From Paraspadella gotoi (Eukaryota > Animalia > Chaetognatha): DNA of 64,000 nucleotides. The translations under genes were made by a program, and so were the position numbers. Every line of letters begins with the position of its first letter. Position 1 is the stretch's first letter. The stretch covers positions 1,292,262-1,356,261 of the forward strand of contig JBJCIZ010000744.1 of assembly GCA_051294375.1 (NCBI GenBank). Direction: 5' to 3'. The notes beneath the pieces were generated by a model that had not been told where the DNA came from, did not search any database, and saw only the letters and a list, made by a program, of their open reading frames with translations. Shown one piece after another: positions 45,521 through 59,907 of the stretch.

Positions 45521-48500
45521 AGCCTAAAATTCCGACGACTCAGACTGGACGGCGACGGGAGTGGCCTCCGAATTCGTTAGGGGGGCCATGGTCAGCAGTC
45601 GTACTAGCATACGCCTTACGCATCAGGTTGCACCCAAAGAGTCCGAGCTAAGGTGTTCGTGGGCTCCTCGGCTGCTTGGAAAGCAGGAAGTCTTCACATG
45701 CGCGAACCGCTCATGGCGGCTCGCGTTTCCGGTACAGACGAGCTGGAGGAACGCGTCGCCGGAAGCTCGGGGCGGATCTTACGTCGGAACTCCACGCGAT
45801 CTTGACGACGCGGGAAAAATTCCTTTGCGCCCTCGGGCACTCGAGATGGAACGTTCGAGAGCGGCGAAGCATTTCCGCAGGCCACGAGGCAGCGCCTCCC
45901 GGTCGATCGGGCGCGCCGTGGGTGACGACGCCGTTGTTCGACCACGACAAGAGTATCGCGCGCCACGCGCTCGAATAAGAGGCGCCAGAAGCTCGAGACT
46001 CAAAGTTTAAAGCCGGATAGCGTGCGTACGTCCTCGCGGCCGCCCCCGCCGGAGGGGAAACTCCAGATCGTCAGGCCGATCGGTTAGTCCCACGACAGAC
46101 TGCCCGGGCGGGTCGCTCCTCTTTGAGCGCGCTCATATTTGAGAAATAAACCTTTCTTTGGCGCTGGGGTAAGAGTCCTCCGAGAGCGACCATCATGACG
46201 ACGAAGAAAAAACGCGGAGCGGGCGAGAGATAAAATTAAAGGAATCACCGAGATCGCGTCTACTTATACGTCGTAGTTCGATACACTCCTTGAAAAATTC
46301 TTCTTCCTGGATCAAGATAAAGTGCGTTGTCGTCCGTTTATACATTAATAAGAAAAAAAAAAAAAAGAAAAAAATCCCACAAGAGCGATTATGTTTTTCC
46401 GTCGATTTTAACGACGATGAGTTTTTTTAAAATAAACAAAACGAGGAAAAAGTGTCCCCGAATCTTCGATCTCTGATCTCAAGATTTAAATAAACAAAAG
46501 TTATTCCGCTCGAACTCATCCGTTCTCGTCACGATCGAATTTGAGATTTATTTTGTTTTATTGCATTTTTTTTGTTTTTTCGCGAGAACTAGTTTAAAGA
46601 ACTCTGCGCTGCGCGTGACATCGTCGAGAAAATGGAATGTGATGGCGGTTGGGAGTTCGACAAAAAAAAAACGGGGTATCTACTCTCTGAGTAGGTGTAT
46701 GACTCGATTCTTTTTTTTTCGGGGGGTTACGCTCAGGGCGTCGTCAAAACAAGAGATGAGAGACGAGAGAAGGCGGAAAGCAGGTTAGGCGCAAACAAGC
46801 CTCGATTGTCGTTTTCATTGCGTCGAAGAAAACGACTTTTTCTTTTTTCAAATGTCGACGAACGACTTCAAACCCCTTGAAAAGTCATTGATGGTCTTAT
46901 TGCAGTTCGACGTGTCACGGCATCTCTGCGTCCTACTTTGCGACATTGACAAAAGAGAGGCGATAGAGAGTGAAGAGACGGAAATGTGTTCATAGAAAAT
47001 ATCGAATGAAAGGGTTTTCTGTTAGTCGCATCGATGAAGTCTCTAACTGAACTTTTCAGGTCGATGATGACGTGTTACATGACGATGATGGTGCGTCTCC
47101 AATGAACAGTGTGCGAAGTTCAATTTCTTTTACATTTAATTCTGTGATGTAACATAATCAAAAAAAAAAATTTTCGATAAGTAACGCCTTGGTACTTTGC
47201 TAGTCAGTGTATATAACCTTTCTCTGAGAAACCTAATATTTATACTTTATTTTTATCTTTGGTTAGGGAAAGATGCATAGAACGAGATTCCGTTTCCGAA
47301 GTTACGCCCTTCGTTAGCATTGAGATGTAACACGAAGAGCGAGAGAGTGCGTGTAGTGATGAGTAGTGAGACATATACATTAAGGAAGTTCTCCCTCTGC
47401 GCGCCGTCGAAAAAAAAAAACCCGGGGAGGAAGAGGACGATGTTAGAAGACGCCGTCCCGAATGATTAGGAAGAGGATGAGGAGAGCGATTTATCCGAGA
47501 AAGAGAAAGAAGATGAGATAGAAGAGATCGAGAAGATGAGAGAGTGACTAAGAGAGAGATGAGAGAAGGAGAGAGAGAAAAAGTATCTAGGGCGCGCGAC
47601 TATATGTTATTCTCTCACCTGCCGACCCGAAATTTAGCCTGAGGGAAATCAGAGTCACTTGAATGAGACTTTCTCGACGGTCAATCTTATTTACTGATAT
47701 GCAGATTGAGAGTAAGAGAGAAAGAGTGAGTGAGACGATGAGATGAAGCAGCGCATCGAGTGTCATGAATCATAAACTGTATGATATATTATGCGTAGGA
47801 TGCATCTGCGACGTCACACACATATCACTTCTCTGCTCACACACAAAAAACCGGTGACAATCAGTAGATTCGTGAGTTTACCGCGGGGACGGGAGAGATC
47901 GAGTAAGAAGCCATTGAGATAATGAGATGAGAGACTTAAGTAATGTCGTATGAGAGTGAGGGAGTAGGGATATGTGTGAGGTTGAGGAGGTGAGTAGAGA
48001 GAGATGGTAAGAGAAGTAGATTAGTATTTGATTGAGATTCACCGCCTGATAAATTAATCTAGCCCATCCAGATGCCCGATCGTGTTAACTAACGATGTCA
48101 AAATAATATTGCAAGTTTATCAAGTGCTGGCTCTACTACAAGAGTCGTTAATCTTGGATAGTCGCCTATAGTTGTTGGTCTCAGATATTGGAAATTCTTC
48201 TCTTGATCCGACTCTGTCGACGTCTCTGCGCGTTACGTTCATCGCTCCCCAACTCTGCGTAAGAGACTCGTTCATATCTGAATTTTTGAACTCTTCCGTC
48301 TCTGTCTTCTCAATCTCTCGTCGTCTATTTATCGCCTCCAATGCTCTTATATTTACAAATTTCTCACGGACTGCGCTGTGCCTCTGACCTTTTCGCGTCT
48401 CGTCATTAGTGTAACAGTACTCCGTGGATCGTGACGCATAGCGCTCCATCGGAAACCAATATGCGGTGTCAGAAATTCGCGTATTTGAATGACTCGAAGT

Positions 48501-51500
48501 ATTCTTCATCTTCTCCCAACTTCTTTTCCCTCCTCTCTTTTTTTGATCTCTCGTCTTATTGAAAAATATTTTTCTCTTAATGTAGAATAAAACGAGATAT
48601 ATTTACGCTGCGAACCAGATACCACACGGGCGAATTTCGTTGTCCCTGCATCTCGGTAATTTGGAATAGCGATACCACAGCTGAAGCACCACATTGGCGC
48701 GACCGACCGAAGAAAACACACAGAGAACAGCGAGAGAATTCCCGTGAGAGAGATCACCAAAGCAGACGTTTGAGGAGGAGTTCGAAGATCTTCAGCTAAT
48801 ATGCATGGAGTTCCCCTCCAGCTTCTGGGTCTCCTTTTCCATTTCCCCAAGAAGATCTCGTTACAGATCGTCACAGCAGACGCGGGCCAAGCTCCGCAAG
48901 TGATGACGTCCGAGGAATCCCGATTACCTCCTGTTCCTCCATCTTTCAACCATCTCCCTCTCTCTCTCTCTCCTCTCTCTCGTTCTCATCTCTCTTCTCC
49001 TCATCTCTGTCTTCCTCTCTCTCTCTCTCTCTCTCTCGCCTGCGAAGGAGGAACGGCGAGAGAAATAACGGAGACCTATAGTCTCTTTTTCGCTTTCCTG
49101 TCTGCCTTTAATTGCCTCTCGAGGGAGTCCATTTCCAATACAAGTACGAAAAATTTCATACTTCTCTTTTCGTCATATTGACAGTAAGACTTGGCTGTCA
49201 TCCTTCTTTCTCGTCGAGAATAGTCGCCGTCTCAAGTTATTCAAAAACAGAGCGATCGACTTCCTCTCAATCCAGTAGATGGCTGAGATGTTTAGTATCG
49301 ATATTTGAATCAACGCGTGTTGTTATTTTAAGAAAATCGCGTTTATATTAAATAAAACGATCAATGGTTAAATAATATTCGACTAAAATAAAATACTTAC
49401 TCGTCTCACAGAACATTAAAAGTAGAAAGAAATAATTGTTCCTACGAATCTGTACTTCGCACTTTCAAAAAACCGAACAGTCACTACGCCTACGTTCTTT
49501 TTTGTTTTTTTTTTTCTATAGTTACTTCGAAATATTCAACCTCCTATTTAGAACCAAAATATGGTGGAGTCGATGCCTGCAGTATAGTCATTAGCCTCCC
49601 AACTCAAATGTCTCCTCGCGGTTTACCATTATCCCGGTAGTGTCGCAGCAGTTATAGATCTGAACGGTCTGTCCGCGTAGTATGCCCGCCGAACACCGGT
49701 TGGTTACCAGCCCCTTTATTCCCGAAGCTCAGGGTACTTCTTTACCAGTGATGAACTTCTTCAAATCTTTGCTGAATGAAAACCATTCTGCGTTAGATCA
49801 CCACAAACTAAACTTTGGTTAAAACTGTGATGGATGGCATGATACTCCCGTCTGCTGCTTCTCATTGACTAAAGAACAGAAAATGTTGTGATAACAGAGG
49901 ATTGATTGAATAAGGTTTTGAGAGGATGAGATTTTTTTATGATCATGCTAAAAGTCAAATGTAGTTTTATTAATAGGTTTTCGTAAAAAATAGTGCTCAG
50001 TTACATTCTTACTGTTATAGTGTAGAATATATGGACTATAATTGTGTCAAGCTCAGTATTGTCATTCTCTGTCGCACTCTGAGTATAAATAGCTCAAATA
50101 ACCTCACTATACTGAGTTTGATACAAAGTAGGTCTGAGACAGAAAGCTTTTCAAAGAAAGGGATAAATATATTAAAAATGTTTTAAAATAATTGAAGCTT
50201 GTGATAATTTAATGCACAGAGTTTTCTCAATTATTGTTTATATATATGGTATCTCTTCTCACCTCATCAAGTACGTACCATACTCTAAGGAGTAGTGTGT
50301 ATCTCGAGAACCTTGTGCCGAAAATAAAATTAAAGGATAAAATCAGTATCTATATATTGAGTAATTTCGTTATCTTATATAGTTTTTAAATTTCCGCCAG
50401 TTTTCAGAAGCCATCGAGCTGAACTTAAAATAAAACTGTTGTTTTTTTCAATTTTTTAATTTATGAAATACAGTAGAAACTGTATTGTTTGTAAAACAAA
50501 AAATATTGATTGTTAATATATTTTTAATAAAACTTTTAACAAAAAATTAAATAAGAATCTGACGATTAGATCAGCATGAGTACGTGCCAACTCAGTAATT
50601 GGGACAATAGTGTACAAAATAAAAAATTAATTACAGATTTTAAAAAAAAATTATGAATTTATTTATTTATTGTGAGTTCGTAATTAATTAATAGATTAAA
50701 GACAAGTCTTTTCACAACACAAAGAGATGATTTTGCGAAAGAAATTTGCATAATTTAATTCTTTATTAAATATCAACTGAAATGATTATTTGTCTATTTG
50801 TCTAATAATTGTACCTCAATATTTTTCTTTGCTTTTAAGAAATAAGAATTCATCCATCCATTCATTATCAAGTGAATTAAAGTCCAAACAATTATTAGCA
50901 CTTTAGAGACTTCTGCCAAGAATCCTTTATGTATTCATATGTGTTATGTCGTAGTATACAGAGAGCAAGGATATCAAAGACCAAGTCAGTTATCTATTTT
51001 TTATAATTAAAGTTTCTTTGCCAAAAGTTTAATTATAAACTTTTTCTTAATTTACATAATTGTGTTGATTGCTTTATTTTGTTTTTGCTATACATTGTAA
51101 TACCAAAGATACATTCCAAATTTTAAGCTTAAGAAGAAAAAATTCAACAGTGTTATACAGATGTTCGATTTTGAGTCTGCAGATATACCAAACTACTATG
51201 TTATTAATAATTAGTATATCATGAAGTGATTGAGTGTCTTATCGACATATATATTGACCTAAAAAACTATGAACACCTAATAGAAAAGACGAATAAAGTT
51301 TTGAGAACCAGTTTCTAATAATCAAAGTCAAAATGGTAATTTGAATTAGATTTGAAAAATAATTAGTTCATTTCTTATAAAATACTCTTTTATATGATTA
51401 CTCATAAAATTGCAACCCTCAGCTATCTTATTCTGCCAGTACAAAATTGCTTCAAAAGCTCAAATATATGTCTTGATAAAACGTAAGCCGAACTATAAAA

Positions 51501-54336
51501 CTCTTCTAAAATGATATCTTATTAAAAAAAATTCAACTGAATACAAAGACGCTTATAATGATAGTCAATTGTTAAAAGTAGAATTCCCTTATTTATATAG
51601 AATGTAACTTCACTATTAAGATGAGTGTTCAGATCAAATGCATCTGAAGAGAAAAATAATTAATGGTAGCTATTATCTTATCTTAGGTGTTGTCCGAGTT
51701 TCATACAATTATGCACAGATTAATAAATTTAAAAATATATAAGAAAATCGCATAAACACTATGAGACAGACTATGTCCCTTTGCACCTTCCCTTAAAGGC
51801 GCACCCTTTTATATGAGCAAACTATTAAAGTTAACAACTTTTATCAGTCAATAATACTCGATCGCACCACGATTAATGAACAACTCCTACACACGCTTCA
51901 AATTTGAACTTTTAGGCTCTCCGTACCTCGATCCGAATACAGTCCCCGCCGTTAAAATTCTACCAGCTGCACTGAATCCGCTTGTGTTTGTTTATGGATA
52001 CAAAAAACGTTTTACAATTAGTTCGATACAATTAGAACAATGATTAGAAATACATGTGTCGAACGGAAAGGTACAATCGATAGTTTACAAAACTAATGAC
52101 GTCATTGTACATTGAATATATCTACAAATAACACTAAAAAACGTTTCCAATCTTCAGAGCGCTGTTGAATCTTTGTTTGTGCTTTTGTTAAAGCTCTCTA
52201 TTCGTCGGTTTTCGGCGGCATCCCAATGCGCGTGAGCGAATATTTTGTGCCGTGTCGCGACCGAACAGCTCTTCACTGCCCCCCCCAAGACGAGCTCTCT
52301 TAGGCGATGGAGGATTTGATCGGATGTATAGCGTAAAGGGGCGAACGGACCTCTCGCCTCTTGCTGATTGAAGACGACGTGCGGATGCTCCGCCACAGCG
52401 GGCTGCGTGGCTTCTCGTCAACTGGCAGTTGGCGTCGCCGTCCGCGCTGGATTGAGAGCGAGTGGGTGACCGGCAGCGCGACTGAGGCGCCGGCGGGTGG
52501 CATGGTCGGGAGCGCGCTTCTCTGGTCTTCGAAAGCCGACGCAAAAACCAGCTTTTGAGTTGCTGTTACTTTCGACCGAACTTCATCGAGCGTCCTGTCT
52601 AAAAAGTTCGTGACGCTCGGACAAAATTCGGGGAGCCAACTCGCGTGGTTTGAAACAACCTCTCGAACGGCCGTCGTTGTTCTAGACTGGGCCTAGAGGC
52701 CCTTACAGTTCGGAGTAGACAGTGCTCGATCGCTGCGGGAGCAACACAAAACGGCAACTTTGTACAGCTGGCGACATCATATGCGACTTAGCCTCTAAGC
52801 GGAACCCTACCGAGAAGATACTTCTGCGCGAATACTGTTTATGTATCTGGACGTGGCGTTGTGCCGTCGAGTTCGTCTGACCGTCGAAAAGGCTACCAGC
52901 TTTTCGCGCCGCAGTGGACTTTGCACACTCGCCACTCTCATGGGCCAAGGATCGGCGCAGGCTGTGCCGTCCGGGATAATTTCGCCGGTAGGCCGCCAGA
53001 TCTTTCTCCGTAGACCAACTCTTCGAGGGATTGCTTTAAGATCGGTCCTTGGGAAGACGAGCTGGCAGGTCCCAGAAAGGTATCCCAAACAATGGGACGT
53101 TGTTCAACGACCAATTCGGTCCGCCCAGAACAGCTTTGGCGCGCGCATAGCTCGCTTTGACTGTGTGCGCGTGAACTCTCTCCACCATTACCACGACTTG
53201 CTCATTGCAATGTTCGTTGGTCACACCCTTTGAGTGTACGCATAAAGATTCGGATTTAGGCATGCACTTGGCGCCGAGAGACGCTGCACAGGCGTTACGG
53301 CCAGTGCACCACTTTCAATCGAGAAAACGAACTGAGCTCCTCCTCGACGACGTGTATGTGAAGTGGGGACGCCAAACGCGCGACCCACCCGATGGAGAAG
53401 CTGTGTCTGCTACTAACCCTAGTCCCCTGCATATCCAGACGAGAGACGGACTAAGCCTTTCTCTGGCGCATGCGGTTAGATAAACGGTTTGCCCAAACCT
53501 AACTGGATGAAACGTAGGACGAATAAGGAGGTCGCCGCGATACAGAACGGCACGCCCGAAGCGAAGATCCACGTGAACATTGGAATTTTAACATTGTCTG
53601 CCTAGGACGTGGACGAAAAAACTTTCGGTCTCAGTCAGCGCCGAGTGCTGTTTGGACGCTTGGTCGTTAACTTCTTTACCTCTCAGAACATTGGGAACGC
53701 AGGTACTCACTCACATTATCGTGATCTCAAACATTGAAAACTAGTTTTTAATGCAGTGACGTCCTTTTTACGCCGGCCGACAAATCTTTTTAGACGATGA
53801 CGCAGTTGATTTCGATCGAGTTCTTGAGTGTCTTTACCGATGAGATAAGGTATGTGATCACGATAGCGTCTATACACGTCCTGTCGGCGCAAATGGCCGA
53901 GTACCCCGACGGGCCGACGCCGGTCGCGACATCTCAAGATGACTGCGGAGCCTGGTCGATAAGAAGGCTTCTTTCAGACTAAACGCGTCCTCTTTCAGCG
54001 CGAAGAGGCGCGTACATCCGGATCTGTTTTGCTGGTCGTTGCAATAGGTTTTATGATGGCGGCGAAAAATCGATGTTCGGCAGAGGATTAGGGACTCTGA
54101 ACACCACGCGCGACAATCTCTTCATGGGAATGGACGACGCGGAAAGGCGCAATTTAAGGTCATTAGGCGACGACGGTTGACTTGCCCGAAGGGATTAAGA
54201 TTTGTGCGGAAGTCCGTACGAATAGTGTCAGAGATGCGGCGGTTGATTTCGTCCTGTCGTAGACAGCAGACTTCGTGAGTCGTTTTCTTCTGCCAGAAGA
54301 TTTATTGGATGAACCAAACTCACGGATCCATGGTTA

Positions 54337-54831
54337 ATCCGCGCCAAGTTCCTCCTGCTGCAGGAGATCGCCACGCTGGGTTCGACCTCCGTGCTGCAGT
54401 TGGCCCTCAAGGGCCAATGCATGACCTTCATCAGCAGCAAGGTCTGCCAGAACGTCTTCACGCAGATGTGGTACAACGGGATCGCGACCTCCACGAGCTA
54501 CTGGAAGATCCTGGCCGCGTCGCTGTGTCCGCCGCTGGCGCCGCTGATGATAACCTTCGTGGCGGACGGCGAACGCGACGAATCGACGACCGATTTCGTC
54601 TTTTCGTCGGACGGCGTCGATCGAGAAAAGAGGCTTAGAGTTCGACAACAGGTCTACTCTCTGAGATCCGTCGGGATCGACGTCGGTCTTCGTCGACGTC
54701 TGTCCTACTGCGACAAACTGATGGCGTTCTTCGCTTCGCCTTACGTCAAATATCAGTACAACATGATTTCCTACGCGTTTCTTCTCCTATTTTTTTCATC
54801 GTTGATTCTGAACGAGTCGGATTATTTTCAG
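54337..54831 (+). CDS. TRPM MHR4/pre-S1/S1 exon (clean 3' part)
   Basis: IRAKFLLLQEIATLGSTSVLQLALKGQCMTFISSKVCQNVFTQMWYNG...KLMAFFASPYVKYQYNMISYAFLLLFFSSLIL, donor CAG|GTAGAA. Matches the TRPM LQLA..A....FI.....Q..L...W.G and F..AP.VKF motifs. Confidence 0.9.
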
Positions 54832-56338
54832 GTAGAATGCTAATAAATACTTATAATTACTGATAAATATTACTATATTTACTGAGTAAGTGACTTAAAT
54901 CATGTCCGTCCGTCCGTCCAACTACTCATGAGTAGATTGAGCGATTGACTTAAAATTTTGTATTTGGGTATGTAAGTGTGTGATGGAGCAAAAATCAAGT
55001 TTCGATGTAATCTTCCTAGTTTAAATCTATCTCTCTCTCTCACCAACTTGATGTTTGTGTCCGATTTACATTGTGATTAAAATCAAATGTTTAAATATGC
55101 TATTTTTTCTCCTGTTTTATAGATTTTTTATATATTTATTGTCATCTTAGTAGGATTAACCTGACTAATTTTTTTTGCTGATCATTGAAGTATTTTATTC
55201 TCAGGACCTGTTTTATGAATTCAAGTTCAATTCTTGTCAAATTGTCCGCCGTCTGAAATTCGTTCTCAAAAATTTTTCTGAAAACTGAAGTTGATTAAGA
55301 TTAATTTGTAATAGTTCCCAACTGATGACCTTTACATTGTATAACATAATAGATAAAAAATATTTTAATTAATTTTTATTAACGTATTCGAAATATGTTC
55401 ATGATCGAAAAGTGACTTATAAGTTGCTCCGCGAGTACTAAAAAATAGAAAATAGTGAAACAAGTAATTTTGCAAATTTCATGTAGAATTAGAGGAAAGC
55501 TTGAGAAAGAAAGAGAGAGGGATAGGAAAATGGAAGAATAAAAAAAAAGAAAGAAAGAAAAGAAAGATAGAAAGAAAGAGTGAAAAAGAGAGAAAAAGAA
55601 GAAAGAAATAAAGAAAAAAGGAAAAAAAAAAAATAAAGAAATAAAGAAAGAAATAACAAAGGAAAAACAAAGAGGGAAAGAAATAAAGAAAGAAAGAGGA
55701 GAAAGAAAGAAAGTTCGTCGAACAGGCGTGACAGATCATTAGGGATCGACACTTACTTTCAACCGAAAAAAAAACCTAAAAATTAAAATCACATCAAAAA
55801 GTCTGGATTTGCCATAGAAAAACGGTAAGAGAGAAAGGTAAGTGTTGCGAGGTCAAGGGAAAGTAAGCTGACTGGCGGAAAAAGGAATAAGTATAAAAGT
55901 GACAGCTATTTTGAAAGTCGATGCTCCCACGCGAACTCATTTTATCACATTAATTATTTATACTTTTAAAAGATTTTTATAAATATATTTCAATTAAAAT
56001 GTCAAAAGAAAATCTGGATCAAGAGACTTTACCCATGTTTCACAAAAAAAGGTAAGAAAAATGGATTTTCTCTCTTCAAATTTTAATACCAAATTTACAA
56101 ATATAATGTCGAATCCAAATGACTTCTTGTATTATTCTAGCTTCTTAATGTGATCTGTCTAATAAAATATGGAGTAGTACAGTTTATAAAAATATATCGT
56201 AAAATTCAAATCTCATCTCGCTCAAACTCGTCAGCGTTATAGTGAACAATAAAAGCAATAAACTAATTTATAATAAGATAACTAATAATCTTTTTATAAT
56301 AATCTTTTGTTTTAAAAAAAAACAAATTTAAAATTCAG

Positions 56339-58271
56339 CGCCCAATTCGTCTTCCTGGAAACAAAAAGATCATCAATCGAAAATTCGCTCGATCTTCGTC
56401 GACGTCGTCGTCGGCGTCGGCGCCGCCTTTTCCTTTTCCTCGGTTTCGTCCTCACGTTCCATCCTGTCTCGACGCCGAGGATACAACGTGACGCCGGCGG
56501 CGGAAAAACCGGCGCTCTCGATCTCGCTCCGTCAAAAGGCCGGCTTTACCCGTCTTAAAGAAACCGAAAGTTTTAAGTCGAGGAAAAGAGAAAGGTACTT
56601 TATTCTGTTAATGTATGTTAATGTTAATGTTCTCAGTTTGTTTACTGTCCGGGTTTGTGTCTCTTTGTCTATCCCGCCTGGCTTTTTCTCTCTCTCTTTC
56701 TCTTTCTCTCTCTCTCCTCTCTCTCTCTCTCAGTGTGATATGTGATATGTGATATCTGTCTCAGAGTCGGTCATGTTTCAATCAGTCGACGATACGAATA
56801 TCAACAACAGCAACAACAAAAACAACAGGATTAAATGAAGATTGGGGGGGGCGAGAGACAGTGGAGTCATACGTAAAACTGTTGAGGAAGAGCAAGCATT
56901 CTCTAAGTCCTTTTTAAATGTTATGGCCCTTGTTTCTTAGTTAAGGCCTAAGGGCATTTATTGTTTGAATGGTTCACTATTTTCAAGTCTCTCTCTCTCT
57001 CTCTCTCTCCTGTCTTTTTTTACTGAAGACAGCATATACAGTGGAAATATTATACCCCCCCCCCCCAAAAAAAGATCAAAATTTTTTGTCAAGAAACTGG
57101 ACTGAAAACCGGACCGCTGCGCCATAAGTTTATAAGTTTCTTATCACTTGGAGTCTCGTATTTAATGGGTACCTTAATAAAATAATCAAAGCATATAGAT
57201 ATTCATAAAATACAATCAATGAAATACTAACTAATTAATAAAAGAAGCATAGTAAAGAATAAACAAATCCACAAAGATCCACTAAGCGTCCATGAAGCGT
57301 CCACAAACGTTTATTATTTTAGAGAGAGTCCCGTTTCAGAGCAGAATCTGGAATGACCGCAAAAGAGAGAAAGAGACAAACGTCGCATATCTCCTATATT
57401 AAAAGAGCATCTGAGTTGTAGATATTCGTCTGGACTTTACATACTGCGACTGTACTTTCATTTAGAAAAAAATAACATTTTAAATGATTAGTTATAATGT
57501 TGTACTATCATACCGTAATTATCGTACTATTTGTATCCATACAGATTCGATTCCGACGTTTGTTTCCATGAGGAAGTTGCCTTCAAAAAATCGAGTCCAT
57601 GCGGAATACCTCAATCGCCTTCTGAAAAGTTAAAGGTAAGCCTCTTTTAGATTGCACGTTCTATGGTAACGAGTTCTGTTTTTTTTTTTTTTTTTTCTCC
57701 TCGTTTCAGACGAAAATCGACGAGGAGCCTTGCGAAAGATCGCGCGTCGAACCGTGAAATCCCATGATGTTACAATTGGACGGATTGCCCCGACTTTGTG
57801 AGGATTCGGGTGAGTTCAAACGATATAATCAACTTTTTTTAAAAAAATATTGTTATTTATTGTTTATTGTCCGTTTATTGTTCGCAAAAAAAAAAAAGCT
57901 ATGGGTTAGAGATTAGGGATAAGAATTAGTTAAATAAGTTTAAGAACTTATTCAAGTTAAACATTAAGGTAAAATTAAAACAAAATTCCTCTTCCAGTCT
58001 CTCGTCCAGAGATGCTCCGACAATCTCGCCCCATTCGAGAGCCTTTCCCCGAATCGTCAACTATCTCCATGAAACTTTAAATCGAATTGATGACATCATA
58101 GAGTTGTCGTCGTCGTCGTCGTCTTCTTCGTCGATACTCCTCTCCTCCTCCTCCTGGCTTTCCGATGCCCCTCATCGCCGCCGTCGATGCGAAAACGACG
58201 TCCAACGCATAATCGAAGACTTGAGAGGATCGTCGAGAGTGGTCGCGGGGATCGAGTCGATGGATCGTTGA
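56339..58271 (+). CDS. Unidentified spliced exon chain (3' end of a gene)
   Basis: GC-rich blocks bounded by AG/GT at 56339-56594, 57545-57635, 57710-57809 and 57998-58271. Exons 1-2-3 are phase-consistent with a stop in exon 3; exons 1-4 are also phase-consistent (…RAFPRIVNYLHETLNRIDDIIEL…MDR*). No family recognised. Confidence 0.45.
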
Positions 58272-59629
58272 TGAATAATTTGATTTGGATTATTTTGTGC
58301 CTGTCGGTCGGTGTATGGTCGCCGATTTAGCTGACCGCGAGAAACTTCGATCCCACTGAACTACCACTGGACCACCTCCAAAACCCCTCAAGCTCTTTAA
58401 ACCTTACTCTGAAGATTTACTCTAATAATTATACCCTCTCACTAAACACTTAAAAATTCTCACTTAAAATCACGAACCCCTTCACGGTTACACCCAACCA
58501 TTCTCAACTGTATCCCACCTTTCAAGTAAACCTGTAACGACCACGCCCAACTGCCCAATCCCCGGTGATCCACTGCGAACCTGAACGCCCTCTCACCTAT
58601 TAACCCCTCGCTGTAAACCTTAACCCTTTATCACCCCCGAAACCACGAAAACAAAATTTGATCTTTGGTTGTAAATACTAAATAGTCAAGTTATTGAATT
58701 TGCTTCTCTTGCGACGAATTAGTGTTACGCTTGACAGTCTTTTTAGTCGGATCTGCTTACAGCAAGATTCCGGCTCTATAATTCACTTTGTCGGTCCATC
58801 GGTCGCCCCCCAATCTTGTTGGGCATTAACATATATCATGTCAGAACATCGAATTAATTTTATGATCGAGATTGTTGTTTTGTGATTGAGAGGCGAGATT
58901 TTAACACAGATAAAAAAAATTAATATTAATTAATTAATTAATTAATTAATTAATTAATTATCTGATCAGCTGCCTTTACGCTAATGATCGTGGGCAGATC
59001 CGGTTTGTTTTTTTGCTCAAACTTATAAAACTCCATTATCATTTGTTAAACAAAAATAATGTTCTGGTGACGGTACAAGATTAAGACTAACAATCTAATT
59101 TTTTTATTTATCTAATTTATTTTATTTATCAAATTTTTTATTGCTAATTCGGTAGATATCTATCGTAATTTATACTAATGGATTATTAAAAATAAAAAAA
59201 ATTCTGACATATTTTTTTAATATTTTTTAAATCTACATTAATGTTTATTTAACAAAAATAATTCTTTGGTGGCGGTCACAAGATTAAGAACTTACAATCT
59301 AATTTATTGAATATTATTGTTGCCGATTCGGTAGATTTTTACCGCAATTTATTTAAAATGTAAATAATCGTTGAAAAGAAAATCGGACATATTTTTTTCT
59401 CAAAAACAAAAAGGCCAGGGTATATTTACAAAAGTAACGAAATTTCAAGGACGAATTAAAAAAAAAAAAATATACACAAAAGTCATTTAATTAACGGAAA
59501 TATATAAACAAAATGTTTAAAAAAAATTAGATAAAACGTTCGTTTTGTGATATTATGAGTCGCCTTTTTACTCACAGCCAAGAGCATGGCATTTCGTCGG
59601 CCGGCATGTGCCCACGGGCACAGGGCATG

Positions 59630-59822
59630 GTAAATCCGGGCATGGTGTCGACGGGAATGGTAAATCCGGGCATGGTGCCACGGCATGGTGTCGACGGGCA
59701 TGGTAAATCGGGCATGGTGTCGACGGAATGGTAAATCCGGGCATGGTGTCGACGGGCATGGTAAATCCGGGCATGGTGTCGACGGGAATGGTAATCCGGC
59801 ATGGTGTCGACGGGAATGGTAA
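59630..59822. repeat. 30-bp minisatellite made of alternating 15-mers (GGGCATGGTAAATCC / GGGCATGGTGTCGAC)
   Basis: About 6-7 imperfect units with 1-nt length variants, so unlikely to be coding. Confidence 0.9.
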
Positions 59823-59907
59823 TGCGCGCAAGGCGATTAACTCTTATTAACACCTCACAGATCTTATTAATTTGTAATCTTGTAATCTTTCGTTCATCCT
59901 TTGACGG

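Noticed and set aside
52150-54336. GC-rich stretch as a bacterial or viral insert, or a TRPM2 NUDT9-H domain (EW…PAGGMV at ~52450-52510)
   Set aside because: No sustained ORF or second motif. It lies in the noisy gap-filled block and cannot be supported without a search.
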